IMG/VR virus record: IMGVR_UViG_3300027375_000001
Origin: a virus
Lineage: Duplodnaviria > Heunggongvirae > Uroviricota > Caudoviricetes
Strand: one strand, 5' to 3'
DNA length: 64,000 nucleotides
The translations under genes were made by a program, and so were the position numbers. This document shows, one piece after another, positions 46,955 through 56,774 of the stretch. The notes under the pieces were generated by a model that was not told where the DNA came from, ran no database searches, and saw only the letters and a program-made list of their open reading frames with translations. Numbering within the stretch: position 1 is the stretch's first letter; the number at the start of each line of letters is the position of its first letter.

Positions 46955-47546
46955 CAAAGAAATTACACAATACGACGGCTCGCTGATTCATCAAAGATTT
47001 GCTTATAGATATTTTGGCAAGAATGTACATCCGCTTGGCAATATCATGGCATTTCGAGGATCAATGGAAGTAACAGATAATCTCGTTGACCTTGAAGATG
47101 CTCTCAAGAATGATTACATTTACAGTGAGGACGCCATTCAGTTTGTTTGGGAACTTCCAAACGTCTGCAGGTTTGGTGGAGTAAGTTTCCAACGATTGTT
47201 CGCAGCGAAAGTTGCACAGCTTCTATGGGAAGAAGGAGTGCCAGGAGTATCTATCGAAGGAGACGACATTATGGTTAACAACGAATTTGTATCAGACCAT
47301 CATTCATTGGTTCTTCCAAAAGGAAAGGCTAGTGTTTCTATTTGTCATGAAGTAAATGGTGCAAGTCTTGGACACTTAGCAGTGAATATCAGTGCAGGAG
47401 CAAAGGCACCAGCATTCGCTTACTCGACACGAGATGTATTAGGAGATAGTGATAAATTAACGAAATTTACAAATAATGTCATTAATGAGTTTTATGTTAT
47501 GATTGATGACATTTTTGTCGCAACCTCAAAGACGGCAATTCTCTAA
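46947..47546 (+). CDS. DUF366-family protein (lipoate/biotin ligase-like fold)
   Basis: YDGSLIH..FAYR, AFRGSMEV, LVDLEDA, FQRLF, EGDDIMV, KASVSI, GHLAVNI. Confidence 0.7.
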   Translation: MFNKEITQYDGSLIHQRFAYRYFGKNVHPLGNIMAFRGSMEVTDNLVDLEDALKNDYIYSEDAIQFVWELPNVCRFGGVSFQRLFAAKVAQLLWEEGVPGVSIEGDDIMVNNEFVSDHHSLVLPKGKASVSICHEVNGASLGHLAVNISAGAKAPAFAYSTRDVLGDSDKLTKFTNNVINEFYVMIDDIFVATSKTAIL

Positions 47547-47929
47547 TGCTATTTGATTATCTTAAAAATATCCTTTATTCGAAACAACCAGAGTTGCTCG
47601 AAGAAGAAAATGACTTTGTGCCGTTTCTCATTCAAAGATGGCTATCAATGCATTCGCCAGAAGTTACATACATTCTGAACGAAACTACCAATAGATATTG
47701 GATGGCATTGGCTGATAAGCAAGATTGGTATAATGCGTTTATGACCTCATTGCCGAGAGTAAAATTTCGTAAATTAAACTACATCAAGAAAGCAAAAGCG
47801 GAAAATAGCAAAGACGACGATACTGTAAAATTAATTGCCAAAAATATGGAAATTTCTGAAAGAGAAGTTCGGTTGTATTTGGAAAGAATTGATTTTAAGG
47901 TAAAAGATCTTGACATCTACAAAAAGTAA
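47546..47929 (+). CDS. gp62: Clamp loader small subunit
   Basis: FVPFLIQRWLS, LNYIKKAK, IAKNMEISEREVRLY. Confidence 0.75.
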   Translation: MLFDYLKNILYSKQPELLEEENDFVPFLIQRWLSMHSPEVTYILNETTNRYWMALADKQDWYNAFMTSLPRVKFRKLNYIKKAKAENSKDDDTVKLIAKNMEISEREVRLYLERIDFKVKDLDIYKK

Positions 47930-47943
47930 CATAAATCACCCAT

Positions 47944-48285
47944 ATGGAAAATTTAGAAAAATACAGTAGCTCCGCACTTCCTGAAGACTATGAAATCAGT
48001 GAATTGTTTGGTGATACACTAGCAATTGCTTATAAAGATAATAACGGTGAAGGTCTTGTCAAGCGAGGCTCTCTGTGGGTAGACCCAGGTGTTACCTATA
48101 ACATGTGGAGAGTAGGAGAAATTATTCTCAAGGGACCCAAATGCAGCGACAATGTCAAAGTAGGAGATATGGTTCTATTTCCTAATGATCGAGGGATTCC
48201 GGGCATCAAACATAAGGGGGTCGAAGTTCGATATATTAACGAGGATAGACTATTCGGCAAAGTAAGCCTCAAAGAGGAACAATAA
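47944..48285 (+). CDS. GroES-like co-chaperonin
   Basis: WRVGEIILKGPKCSDNVKVGDMVLFP...RYINEDRLFG. Confidence 0.75.
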   Translation: MENLEKYSSSALPEDYEISELFGDTLAIAYKDNNGEGLVKRGSLWVDPGVTYNMWRVGEIILKGPKCSDNVKVGDMVLFPNDRGIPGIKHKGVEVRYINEDRLFGKVSLKEEQ

Positions 48286-48288
48286 AAT

Positions 48289-48681
48289 ATGGCATCACTC
48301 ACTGAACTAAGCAATCTGCTGGAAACTAATGTACTTGAGGTCAAATTCATTAGGCGCAATCCAAAGCCAGGGGCAGCATCAACTAGAAGAGCATTCATAA
48401 CAACAAGTAATAGTCTACTCAATAGCCCTCGAGGTAAAATTACACTACGATATGAAGGTGGTGGTGGGGGTGGATTAAAATTCACACCAGCAGCCCGCAA
48501 TCTAATTCTTGCATGGGATATTCTCTGGCAAGAATATAGATTGTTTGGTGCAGAGGGATCTTCGATCATTACACAAATTCCAGTAACGACAGAAGACGAA
48601 GTTGCAAAATTTTGGGACTATTTTGACTCAAATATGTTGCCGCTAAGCCCTGAAGATAAATTAAGATTCATGAACTCATGA
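48289..48681 (+). CDS. Hypothetical protein, WYL/SH3-like
   Basis: LETNVLEVKFIRR...NLILAWDILWQEYRLF. Confidence 0.6.
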   Translation: MASLTELSNLLETNVLEVKFIRRNPKPGAASTRRAFITTSNSLLNSPRGKITLRYEGGGGGGLKFTPAARNLILAWDILWQEYRLFGAEGSSIITQIPVTTEDEVAKFWDYFDSNMLPLSPEDKLRFMNS

Positions 48682-49022
48682 TAATAGACAAAATCGAAAA
48701 TGCGTTAAAGCAGCACTTCCAAAAAACCATTAAGCTATCAATTAATGGAACCAACGTATTCAAAACAGGCAGATTTGTGCTGTCAAAGATAAATGCGTTT
48801 TCGTTTGACCTCTACATCAAGACATCCAAACCATCTATTGAGATTCTGCCGATACCTATTCCGTTTGATATATTCATTACAGATAATGGGATAATTTTTG
48901 ATTATAGCGTAGACAAGATAGCAGTCAAAAACACGCAACCATATCAAGAGCTAATGTTTTATATTGGCAAGAATAAAACAAGCAAATACTTAAACGAGAA
49001 ATTGGTGATTTCATTCGAATAA
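48678..49022 (+). CDS. Hypothetical protein
   Basis: 114-aa ORF with a 4-bp overlap upstream and a terminator downstream. Confidence 0.6.
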   Translation: MIIDKIENALKQHFQKTIKLSINGTNVFKTGRFVLSKINAFSFDLYIKTSKPSIEILPIPIPFDIFITDNGIIFDYSVDKIAVKNTQPYQELMFYIGKNKTSKYLNEKLVISFE

Positions 49023-49051
49023 AAAAGGAGAGCTTTACGCTCTCCTTTTTT
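49021..49051. terminator. Bidirectional Rho-independent terminator
   Basis: AAAAAAGGAGAGC-TTTAC-GCTCTCCTTTTTT between convergent genes. Confidence 0.85.
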
Positions 49052-49073
49052 AGTTTATCAATATGACTGCCTA

Positions 49074-49811
49074 TTAGAAAAGATCCTTACCAGCGGCAAC
49101 ACTGCTTTTCACTTGAAACGGTTGTGGTTTAGCAGCACCAACGGCGCTAAGCTTGCCGCTACTGTCGTATGATTTTGTCGGGCTTGCTTTGCCTGGGCGT
49201 GCCACCTGTTTGCACTTAACTTTGTCTGTACTTGTTTGTGCAAGCTTAGCACCGGCTGCGAGATTAGCAGCTCCCATGCTATAATGACCTTCTTCTTCAA
49301 CGACTTCTTCATCGTCTTCTTCTTCCTCATCTTTGCTCTCACCTAATCCATAATCTTCTCCCCCTTCTTCTTCACCCTCTCCGCCATCTTCTTCACCACC
49401 AATGACTGCAGCCAGCAATGCATGAAGCTTTTTAGCCGTCTCTTTATCAAGGGTAATTGTCACATCTTCTCCTTCAGCACCAATAAGATCGGAATCGACT
49501 TGATCGTCGTCTGACATCATATCATATTCAGCGTATAGTTCACCATCTTCTTCTGCGAGCATATTTTCATGCTCAGTAAGTGTTTGCTCGAATAGACGAT
49601 TGAATCTAGCACCAAATGCAGGCACTCTTGATTCTTTAACGGTACTTTTTGGTTTGACTGGGGTTTTTGCTCCCTCAGGGCCTGCACCGGATAGCCCTTT
49701 TTTAGGCGCATTAAATGCATCGCCAGGAGCTTTAGTAGCTGACGTTTGTTTGAACTTCGCGCCTTTTGCTTTCTTGCGTGCCTCTAAAAGTTGTTTTAAT
49801 TTGACATTCAT
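49074..49811 (-). CDS. Late protein with acidic core, possible prohead core/scaffold component
   Basis: TATAAGTA at 49825-49832; basic termini, long Glu/Asp-rich centre with several (L/I)xE sites. Confidence 0.6.
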   Translation of the reverse strand: MNVKLKQLLEARKKAKGAKFKQTSATKAPGDAFNAPKKGLSGAGPEGAKTPVKPKSTVKESRVPAFGARFNRLFEQTLTEHENMLAEEDGELYAEYDMMSDDDQVDSDLIGAEGEDVTITLDKETAKKLHALLAAVIGGEEDGGEGEEEGGEDYGLGESKDEEEEDDEEVVEEEGHYSMGAANLAAGAKLAQTSTDKVKCKQVARPGKASPTKSYDSSGKLSAVGAAKPQPFQVKSSVAAGKDLF

Positions 49812-49878
49812 AGATTATAGATTGTACTTATATAGAATAGCCCCATTTTCGCACACAACAATAAAAATTGATAATGCA

Positions 49879-49886
49879 TATAAGTA
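49879..49886 (+). promoter_or_regulatory. Late promoter variant TATAAGTA upstream of terminase
   Basis: 11 nt before the gp17 ATG; mirrored by a divergent TATAAGTA at 49825-49832. Confidence 0.6.
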
Positions 49887-49897
49887 TATAAAATTAT

Positions 49898-51586
49898 ATG
49901 CAGTCAAAACGAACGCATTATCTCAATAACGAAAATCTACCATTACCGGCAACAAAGCACAACTATACATCGGAAATGATTGAGGAAATTGCGAAATGCA
50001 AAAAAGATCTCATTTATTTCGCACAATCTTATTTTACTATTATTAACATTGATGATGGAGAAAAAAAGATAGAATTATACCCCGCACAGAAGCGCGTTTT
50101 AAAGTCACTGTGCAAAAACCGTTTCGTAGTGACTCTAGCATCTAGACAGGTTGGTAAAAGTACTTTGATGTGTGTTTATTCATTATGGAAAGCATGTTTC
50201 ATTAAACACCAAAGAATCGTTATTGCTGCAAACAGAGAAGACACCGCAATTGAAATTTTTAGCCGCGTTAAAATGGCGTATGAGCAATTACCAAATTGGC
50301 TCAAGCCTGGTGTAGAGAAATGGGGTGAAACAGGGATGAAGCTAGAAAATGGATCATATCTATCAGTCGAAACCACATCACCGAATACGGGCCGTGGTAA
50401 GGCAACCAACTTAATCATCGTCGATGAGATGGCGTTCATCGCACCTAACATCATGGCGCAATTTTGGAAATCCGTGTCAGCTACAATTTCATCTTCTAAA
50501 ACGGCCCAGATATTTGTAGTTAGTACCGCAAATGGTACTGACAATATGTTTTATGAAATATATAAGAATGCAACGTCGGTGGCCCCGACAGAGGGTTTGG
50601 ATCAATGGCACGCAGAGACCATTCACTGGTCGGATGTTCCGGGCAGAGGCAAAAAATGGAAAGAATCAATGCTTGCAAGCCTAAACGGCGACGAAGAAGC
50701 ATTTGCTCAAGAATATGACAACAAATTTATCAGCACTGGTAGCGGATCTGTCGATGAGGCATTCATTGATGATATGCGTCAAAAAGCACGCGAACCTATA
50801 TTGCAATTAGACGATGGGCATTATAAGATCTTTGATTTGCCTGATAAAACGCATGTATATACAATCGGAGTCGATGTATCTGACGGCATAGGAGAAGCCG
50901 CGTCAGTTGTGGAAATATACGACATTACAGATCTTGGCAACATTAAGCAAGTCGCCGAATACCATGATAGGCAAATTGAACCGTTGACATTTACTAGAAA
51001 ATTATACCAAATAGCTCTACAGTGGGGCTCGCCAATGCTTGCAATCGAAAGAAATAACATGGGCGGCACTGTTGTCGATACCTTAGTTACATCATATCAT
51101 TATACAAGATTATTAGACTTCCTGCCGTCTAAACAAAGTGATAGAAACAAAAGAGGAATCTTCAGCCATACTAATGTTCGACATGATAGTGTATTAAATA
51201 TGCGTTATTGGGTCAATCACTTAAGATGTGTTGATGTCAGAAGCGGTGGCTTGATCGATGAATTTCGTACATTTGTAAAACACTCAAACGGCATTTGGAA
51301 AAAGAATGGTTCGAGAAATACATGGGATGATCGGGTCATGGCAACAGTGTGGGCTCTTTTTATACTAGAAAACGGCATCGTTGAAAAATATTATGATGTA
51401 TACGAAAGAGATCGCAATGGTAAAGTTTCTAAGTTAGTAGATCCGTATGGGTTTTATGAATATGCACCGATCAGTGAATTGACATTGGCAGTCGAGCCTA
51501 TATTCAGAGGCCAGATGCCGGTGTATTTTGATCCAAGCGCAGCAGAATTCAGCCAAGAGGATATTAATTATCTATATGCTTTCTAG
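49898..51586 (+). CDS. gp17: Terminase large subunit
   Basis: LYPAQ, ASRQVGKST, IIVDEMAFI, VSTANG, FAQEY, IGVDVSDG, IERNNMG, DDRVMA. Confidence 0.95.
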   Translation: MQSKRTHYLNNENLPLPATKHNYTSEMIEEIAKCKKDLIYFAQSYFTIINIDDGEKKIELYPAQKRVLKSLCKNRFVVTLASRQVGKSTLMCVYSLWKACFIKHQRIVIAANREDTAIEIFSRVKMAYEQLPNWLKPGVEKWGETGMKLENGSYLSVETTSPNTGRGKATNLIIVDEMAFIAPNIMAQFWKSVSATISSSKTAQIFVVSTANGTDNMFYEIYKNATSVAPTEGLDQWHAETIHWSDVPGRGKKWKESMLASLNGDEEAFAQEYDNKFISTGSGSVDEAFIDDMRQKAREPILQLDDGHYKIFDLPDKTHVYTIGVDVSDGIGEAASVVEIYDITDLGNIKQVAEYHDRQIEPLTFTRKLYQIALQWGSPMLAIERNNMGGTVVDTLVTSYHYTRLLDFLPSKQSDRNKRGIFSHTNVRHDSVLNMRYWVNHLRCVDVRSGGLIDEFRTFVKHSNGIWKKNGSRNTWDDRVMATVWALFILENGIVEKYYDVYERDRNGKVSKLVDPYGFYEYAPISELTLAVEPIFRGQMPVYFDPSAAEFSQEDINYLYAF

Positions 51587-52208
51587 TCCACTCAATAAAC
51601 AAACAGTCGATAGGTTTTTACTTGTACTCGACACGCCACCAGCATTAAGGCATTTAAAAACCAAAAATGCACGGACGAATCAATTGTTAAATTCGAACTC
51701 GATGCAATTCACTGTATATGGCTCTGTTATACCGTCAATCACAGTGCCATATCTGACAGAAAGATTAGCAGGGCAATCAATATCGGTGTCAACACATAAT
51801 AAACAAGCACCCGACCCAATTTCGGTAAGATTTAATGTAGATAATAATTTTAACAATTATTGGTTCATATATAAATGGCTTGACTTCATTTCTGATGATG
51901 TTCATGGCATTTATGATGGTAAAAATATTTCACGAGGAGTTGCAGGGATGCCAGGAATTGGATATCAAACAAATCTGACAGTTTATGCTCTGGATGAATA
52001 CCAAAAAGCAAAGACTATAAAATTTACGTATACAAATGCATTCCCAGTCTATCTAAGTGGTATTGATTGGTCATATCAAGACAGCAAAGCGATGGCCGGA
52101 GAGTTTCGTTTCATGTATTCACAATTCAGAGCAGAGCTTTTATGCGATACAGAATTCGAATCCGTATTAGACCCAACATCGAATAATTCAGTACAAATTT
52201 GTAGTTAA
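51576..52208 (+). CDS. Tail completion/sheath stabiliser, gp3-like (tube fold)
   Basis: ISVRFNVDNNFNNYWFIYKWL, FTYTNAFPVYLSGIDWSY. Start re-called at MLSSPL. Confidence 0.6.
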   Translation: MLSSPLNKQTVDRFLLVLDTPPALRHLKTKNARTNQLLNSNSMQFTVYGSVIPSITVPYLTERLAGQSISVSTHNKQAPDPISVRFNVDNNFNNYWFIYKWLDFISDDVHGIYDGKNISRGVAGMPGIGYQTNLTVYALDEYQKAKTIKFTYTNAFPVYLSGIDWSYQDSKAMAGEFRFMYSQFRAELLCDTEFESVLDPTSNNSVQICS

Positions 52209-52250
52209 ATCAAAAACGGCCATAAGATAAAATGTAAGTAGATTGTAATT

Positions 52251-54581
52251 ATGGCACGTACAATCGAATCACCAGGCGTAGAAATCAGAGAACGCGATCT
52301 AACCCTACGCGTTGAACCAACAGTTGGCACTAATACATGGGTTCTTGGATATGCAAGCCAAGGACCTACAGAAGAACCAATTACAGTTACAAGTTTTTCA
52401 GAATTTGAATCTGTTTATGGTACTCCGGCAAATGCAGCTGAAAGATATTTTTATCACACATGCCGCGAGTATTTGAATTCCGGTGGTAATCTTATCGCTA
52501 CAAGAATTCCATATGGTAGTGGTACTGGCAGCAGCTATGGTGAAAAATTTGGTGCACTGGTGTATCCTGTAATTCCTGCGTCGTCGACATATAGTGCAGC
52601 AGCAGTAGGAACAGCAACAGGAGCAACTTCATCGTTTAGCTTGATTTCTAATACATTGGTGTTTGGTGAACCATATCACGTCGAACTAACACAAGATGAG
52701 TATTATGACTTGATTAACAACAATATTTCATGGGCTGCGAGCGCTACGGCTGCTGCACTATCTGCAACAAATGCAACAAGATTTGCGACCGGCACGGGAG
52801 TTAATAAACTAAGTTCCGCAGGTATGATTGTGATTGATACCACAAAGTCGATGTCCAATAACATCCAAGAAGGATATTATGTCGGGATTATAGACAATGC
52901 ATTAGCAAATCCTACACAAGATTTTACAGACATTCTGAATCTGAAAGCAGTGAACAGTGCGAATACATATGCCACTGTCGATTCAAGCAGAGTTGGGTTT
53001 GCGCTAAGTGCATCCTACGCCGGTGTAGCCGGTTCTGTTTCAGAAATTCTTGAAACTGTACCGAATTTTGTATATGACACAACATCATACAACGATACAA
53101 TTGTCTTGGGTCTCTTTAAAGTACGCAAATCCATTTATGCTGGGGCGAGTAATAGTACACTCGACAAAGTTCTAGTAGAGACATATATCGGCTCGCTCGA
53201 TTCGTCACGCAGAGTTGCAGATCCGCTTGGAGGACCACCAAAATCATTCTTCATCGAAGATGTTGTAAATAATTCATCTTCTAATTTGAAAGTACTTGTA
53301 AATCCATATATTTCGAAATCTACTACATGGTCAGACGCTAGCGGTCAGCCAGCTAATAAGGTTCGCTTCTGGAAAACAACTGGTGTATCAGGCACAGGAT
53401 TTATCGTTCTGCCAGACGGCAAAACAATTGCGTCCACTAACATCTCAGAATCAAGAAGTCTTTATGAAGCTAGCACATTTGCGACAACTACAGATGCAAA
53501 TAAATTAATCGGTAATCTTCCAGATAAATTGGCTCGTATTTTTGCATGTGTATCGAATCCAGATTTGATTCCTATCGACATAACTCTCGATGGCGGGCTG
53601 AGCACTATCTGGGCTACGACAAGAACAACATCTGCCACATTAGGGTCTGAAATCTTTGACGATACTGTATTTGTACCGAATGCAGCACTTACCCAATTGG
53701 CTTCATTTGACGGTAGCTTCACTGGGGACAATGGTATTGGCGATGCTCACAAAACAATCTTCAATCTGTTCAACAACTTCGCAGAATCAACACGCAAAGA
53801 CCACATCCATATTAGTGATCCACTCCGCCAGCTCCTTGTTAATGGTACCAACTACAAAGTATTTGAATCCAAATGCGATCGCGTAACCAATCCATTCTCT
53901 AAAGTAGTATACTGGCCGCTACGCAATCTGTATCAAGCTGCAAATACATCATATTCAGTATCATATGCAAACTGGGTGAGAGTATACGACAGCGCCGCTG
54001 ATGGTTATTGCTGGGTTCCATTCTCTGGGTGGGCAGGGCGCGCATTGGCTGAAACTGATAGAGATCGTTTCCCATGGATTGCACCGGCTGGATTGACAAG
54101 AGGCATTGTACGCAATGTGGTAGATCTTGCAATCAATCCTAACCAAAAAGAACGCGATCTTCTCTATCGCATCGGACAAAATCCTGTGTGCTACTTCCCT
54201 AACGATGGGTACGTAATCTGGGGCCAGAAGACTCTATTCAGAAAACCAAGTGCATTCGATCGTATTAATGTGCGTCGCTTGTTCTTAGCTCTTGAGAAGC
54301 CAACTGCTAGAGTTCTTAAATACTTCGTGTTCGAGCCTAATACAGTATTCACAAGAACGCAAGTAATCAACGTATTGACACCGCTGTTTGAGAATGCAAA
54401 ACGCAATGAAGGTCTGTATGATTATCTGATCGTGTGCGATGAACGGAATAACACCGGTTCTGTAATCGATCGAAATGAGATGGTTGTAGACATTTATCTC
54501 AAGCCAGTCAGAGCGAGTGAGTTCATCCTTGTCAACTTCGTAGCAACAAGAACAAATCAAGACTTCGCTGAATTGATCTAA
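52251..54581 (+). CDS. gp18: Tail sheath protein
   Basis: SPGVEIRERDLT, FPWIAPAGLTRG, WGQKTL...SAFDRINVRRLF, FEPNT..TR, VCDERNNT..VIDRNE..VDIYLKP. Confidence 0.95.
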   Translation: MARTIESPGVEIRERDLTLRVEPTVGTNTWVLGYASQGPTEEPITVTSFSEFESVYGTPANAAERYFYHTCREYLNSGGNLIATRIPYGSGTGSSYGEKFGALVYPVIPASSTYSAAAVGTATGATSSFSLISNTLVFGEPYHVELTQDEYYDLINNNISWAASATAAALSATNATRFATGTGVNKLSSAGMIVIDTTKSMSNNIQEGYYVGIIDNALANPTQDFTDILNLKAVNSANTYATVDSSRVGFALSASYAGVAGSVSEILETVPNFVYDTTSYNDTIVLGLFKVRKSIYAGASNSTLDKVLVETYIGSLDSSRRVADPLGGPPKSFFIEDVVNNSSSNLKVLVNPYISKSTTWSDASGQPANKVRFWKTTGVSGTGFIVLPDGKTIASTNISESRSLYEASTFATTTDANKLIGNLPDKLARIFACVSNPDLIPIDITLDGGLSTIWATTRTTSATLGSEIFDDTVFVPNAALTQLASFDGSFTGDNGIGDAHKTIFNLFNNFAESTRKDHIHISDPLRQLLVNGTNYKVFESKCDRVTNPFSKVVYWPLRNLYQAANTSYSVSYANWVRVYDSAADGYCWVPFSGWAGRALAETDRDRFPWIAPAGLTRGIVRNVVDLAINPNQKERDLLYRIGQNPVCYFPNDGYVIWGQKTLFRKPSAFDRINVRRLFLALEKPTARVLKYFVFEPNTVFTRTQVINVLTPLFENAKRNEGLYDYLIVCDERNNTGSVIDRNEMVVDIYLKPVRASEFILVNFVATRTNQDFAELI

Positions 54582-54593
54582 TCAATACATTCA

Positions 54594-54628
54594 AAAATAA
54601 AAGCCAGCTAAAAACTGGCTTTTATTTT
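54594..54628 (+). terminator. Rho-independent terminator after sheath gene
   Basis: AAAATAAAAGCCAG-CTAAAAA-CTGGCTTTTATTTT. Confidence 0.8.
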
Positions 54629-54654
54629 ATGTTGATGATATAATTATATTCATA

Positions 54655-56394
54655 ATGGACGATGAATTACTCATAGAACAGATAAAAGCACAATTATACA
54701 CCAAAACAGGTAACATTAATAGTGCTGTGCTAAGACAACCCGGGTTTGATTCTAGTGAATTGTATCAAAGTATAAAAGAAAAGACCAAATTTCTAGACGA
54801 GCAAGCATGCTGTTCTGAACGAATTTACTGTATCGTCAATAAGACCACATCTCAGCAAAGATGTAAAGCTTGCAATAAGCCATTAAAATGGAAGGGGTAT
54901 AAAAACAAACCATATTCAAAAACTTGCTCAAACAACATTTGCAAGAGAGCATCTACAAAATGGAAATCATGCAAAGACGGAAAGATTAACACAGAGAAGA
55001 ATAAAAAAAATGGATTTGTTGAAATTTTAAATTCAAATCATGAATTAGTATCACATGATGCTTTAATGGCGTTCTGCCTCGAAAGGCTTCAGCAACCTAA
55101 TTCAACATTTAATACAGCGTTGCTAAGAACACATAGTACGCATCTATCTACTCTGCTAAAAATCGGATATATTAAGTATGGAGATGATATAAAATGGTCA
55201 CAAGTATTTTATAACTTTATACATAACATACACACACCACCAAAATGCCATAAATGTGGTAATCACCTTAACTTCCGAAATAGCAAATTTGGCTATTCAT
55301 CATGCCATGCAAAAAGATGCTCCCAGCAACTTGTAGCAGAGTCCAAAAAGAAAAATCGCATTAAATTAGTGACCGAACATTTTTTAGACAATGGCTACGA
55401 ATTGATTACCAACCACGGCATAAACGAAGGAAAACATCACATTAAGCACCAGACATGTGGCCACGAATTTACCAGATCCATATCGAGTGGTCAGTGGCAA
55501 AACACACTTATATGCCCTCAATGCAATCCTCGATCAAGTGCATTCGAATTAGAGGTATATCAATACATAAAAACCCTTGGGTTGGAGTGTATTAATAATT
55601 CAAGAGACGTTATACCACCAAAAGAAATAGACATATTTATTCCATCAAAAAACATAGCAATCGAATGCAATGGCATATATTGGCACAATGAATCAAATGG
55701 AAAAGACAAAAATTACCATCGTAATAAATATATGGAATGCAAAGCTAAAAACATTCAATTAATCCAGATATGGGAATCTGAATGGCAAACAAAGCAACAA
55801 ATTGTCAAATCTATTATAGATAGTAAATTGGGTATTTCGAAAAGGATATTTGGCAGAAAGTGCACCATCCACCAAATAACTGATAGACATGAGAAGGTCA
55901 AATTCCTAGACGAGAACCATATACAAGGAAACGATAATAGCCAAATTTCTTATGGGCTATACCATGACAGTCAATTGGTATCTATGATGACTTTTGGTCA
56001 TCGTAAAATTGTCAAAGGTGATTACAGTGATTGGGAGATGATTCGGTTTTGTAATAAATTAAACCACACTGTCATTGGTGGTGCTTCGAGGCTTCTAAAA
56101 TATTTCATTAATACACACAACCCACAAAACATCATCACTTATGCCGACTTGAGATATTCGAATGGTGATCTATACCACAAATTAGGATTCAAACATAAGC
56201 ATGACAGCAAACCAGGTTATTGGTATGTCATCAACAATACACTCAAACACCGCAGTGGATTTATGAAACATAGATTACACAAGGTCTTAAAAGAATATGA
56301 TGAGAATCTATCGGAGTATCAAAACATGTTGAATAATGGATTTGACAGAATTTGGGATTGTGGTCATGCAGTTTTTGTATACAAAGATAGATAA
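54655..56394 (+). mobile_element. Free-standing putative homing endonuclease (Vsr-like/Hef-like) with zinc-ribbon repeats and C-terminal GNAT-like domain
   Basis: SAFELEV, EIDIFIPSKNIAIECNGIYWH, IQLIQIWESEW; repeated CxxC modules; its own TG-n-TATAAT at 54636-54644; inserted between gp18 and gp19. Confidence 0.7.
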
Positions 56395-56408
56395 GTACAT
56401 TCAAACCT

Positions 56409-56759
56409 ATGAGTAATAAACTAGATGAAATTTACGGCGCTAGAGTATTTGGCAAACCTTCTATTCACATGGATCCGTTTGAAGCACCACCAGCGTCAAG
56501 AGCAGCAAAACTGACTGAGAGAGAAGCAGTCATCAATACATATTTGCCAGAGAGAATGCATGTCAAAACAGCATCTAATACCCCCCAAGCCTCACAGAAA
56601 ACATCATTGAGAGAAAAGTATCAAAAAAATCAAAATACAGACTCAAGTATGATTATGTTCCTTGAAGGCTATTTTAAAACAAATAGAATGGACCAATTCA
56701 ACGCAGTCGAAGAGATTTTGGAAGATATGTATGCGTTCCTAAAAGAAAATCAAGGTTAA
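56409..56759 (+). CDS. Hypothetical late protein
   Basis: ATAAGTA at 56391-56397 upstream. Confidence 0.6.
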   Translation: MSNKLDEIYGARVFGKPSIHMDPFEAPPASRAAKLTEREAVINTYLPERMHVKTASNTPQASQKTSLREKYQKNQNTDSSMIMFLEGYFKTNRMDQFNAVEEILEDMYAFLKENQG

Positions 56760-56774
56760 ATCATAAGTATTTTT

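Noticed and set aside
49290-49400. TTC/TCC-rich microsatellite-like tract
   Set aside because: It encodes the Glu/Asp-rich region of the 49074..49811 protein on the minus strand.
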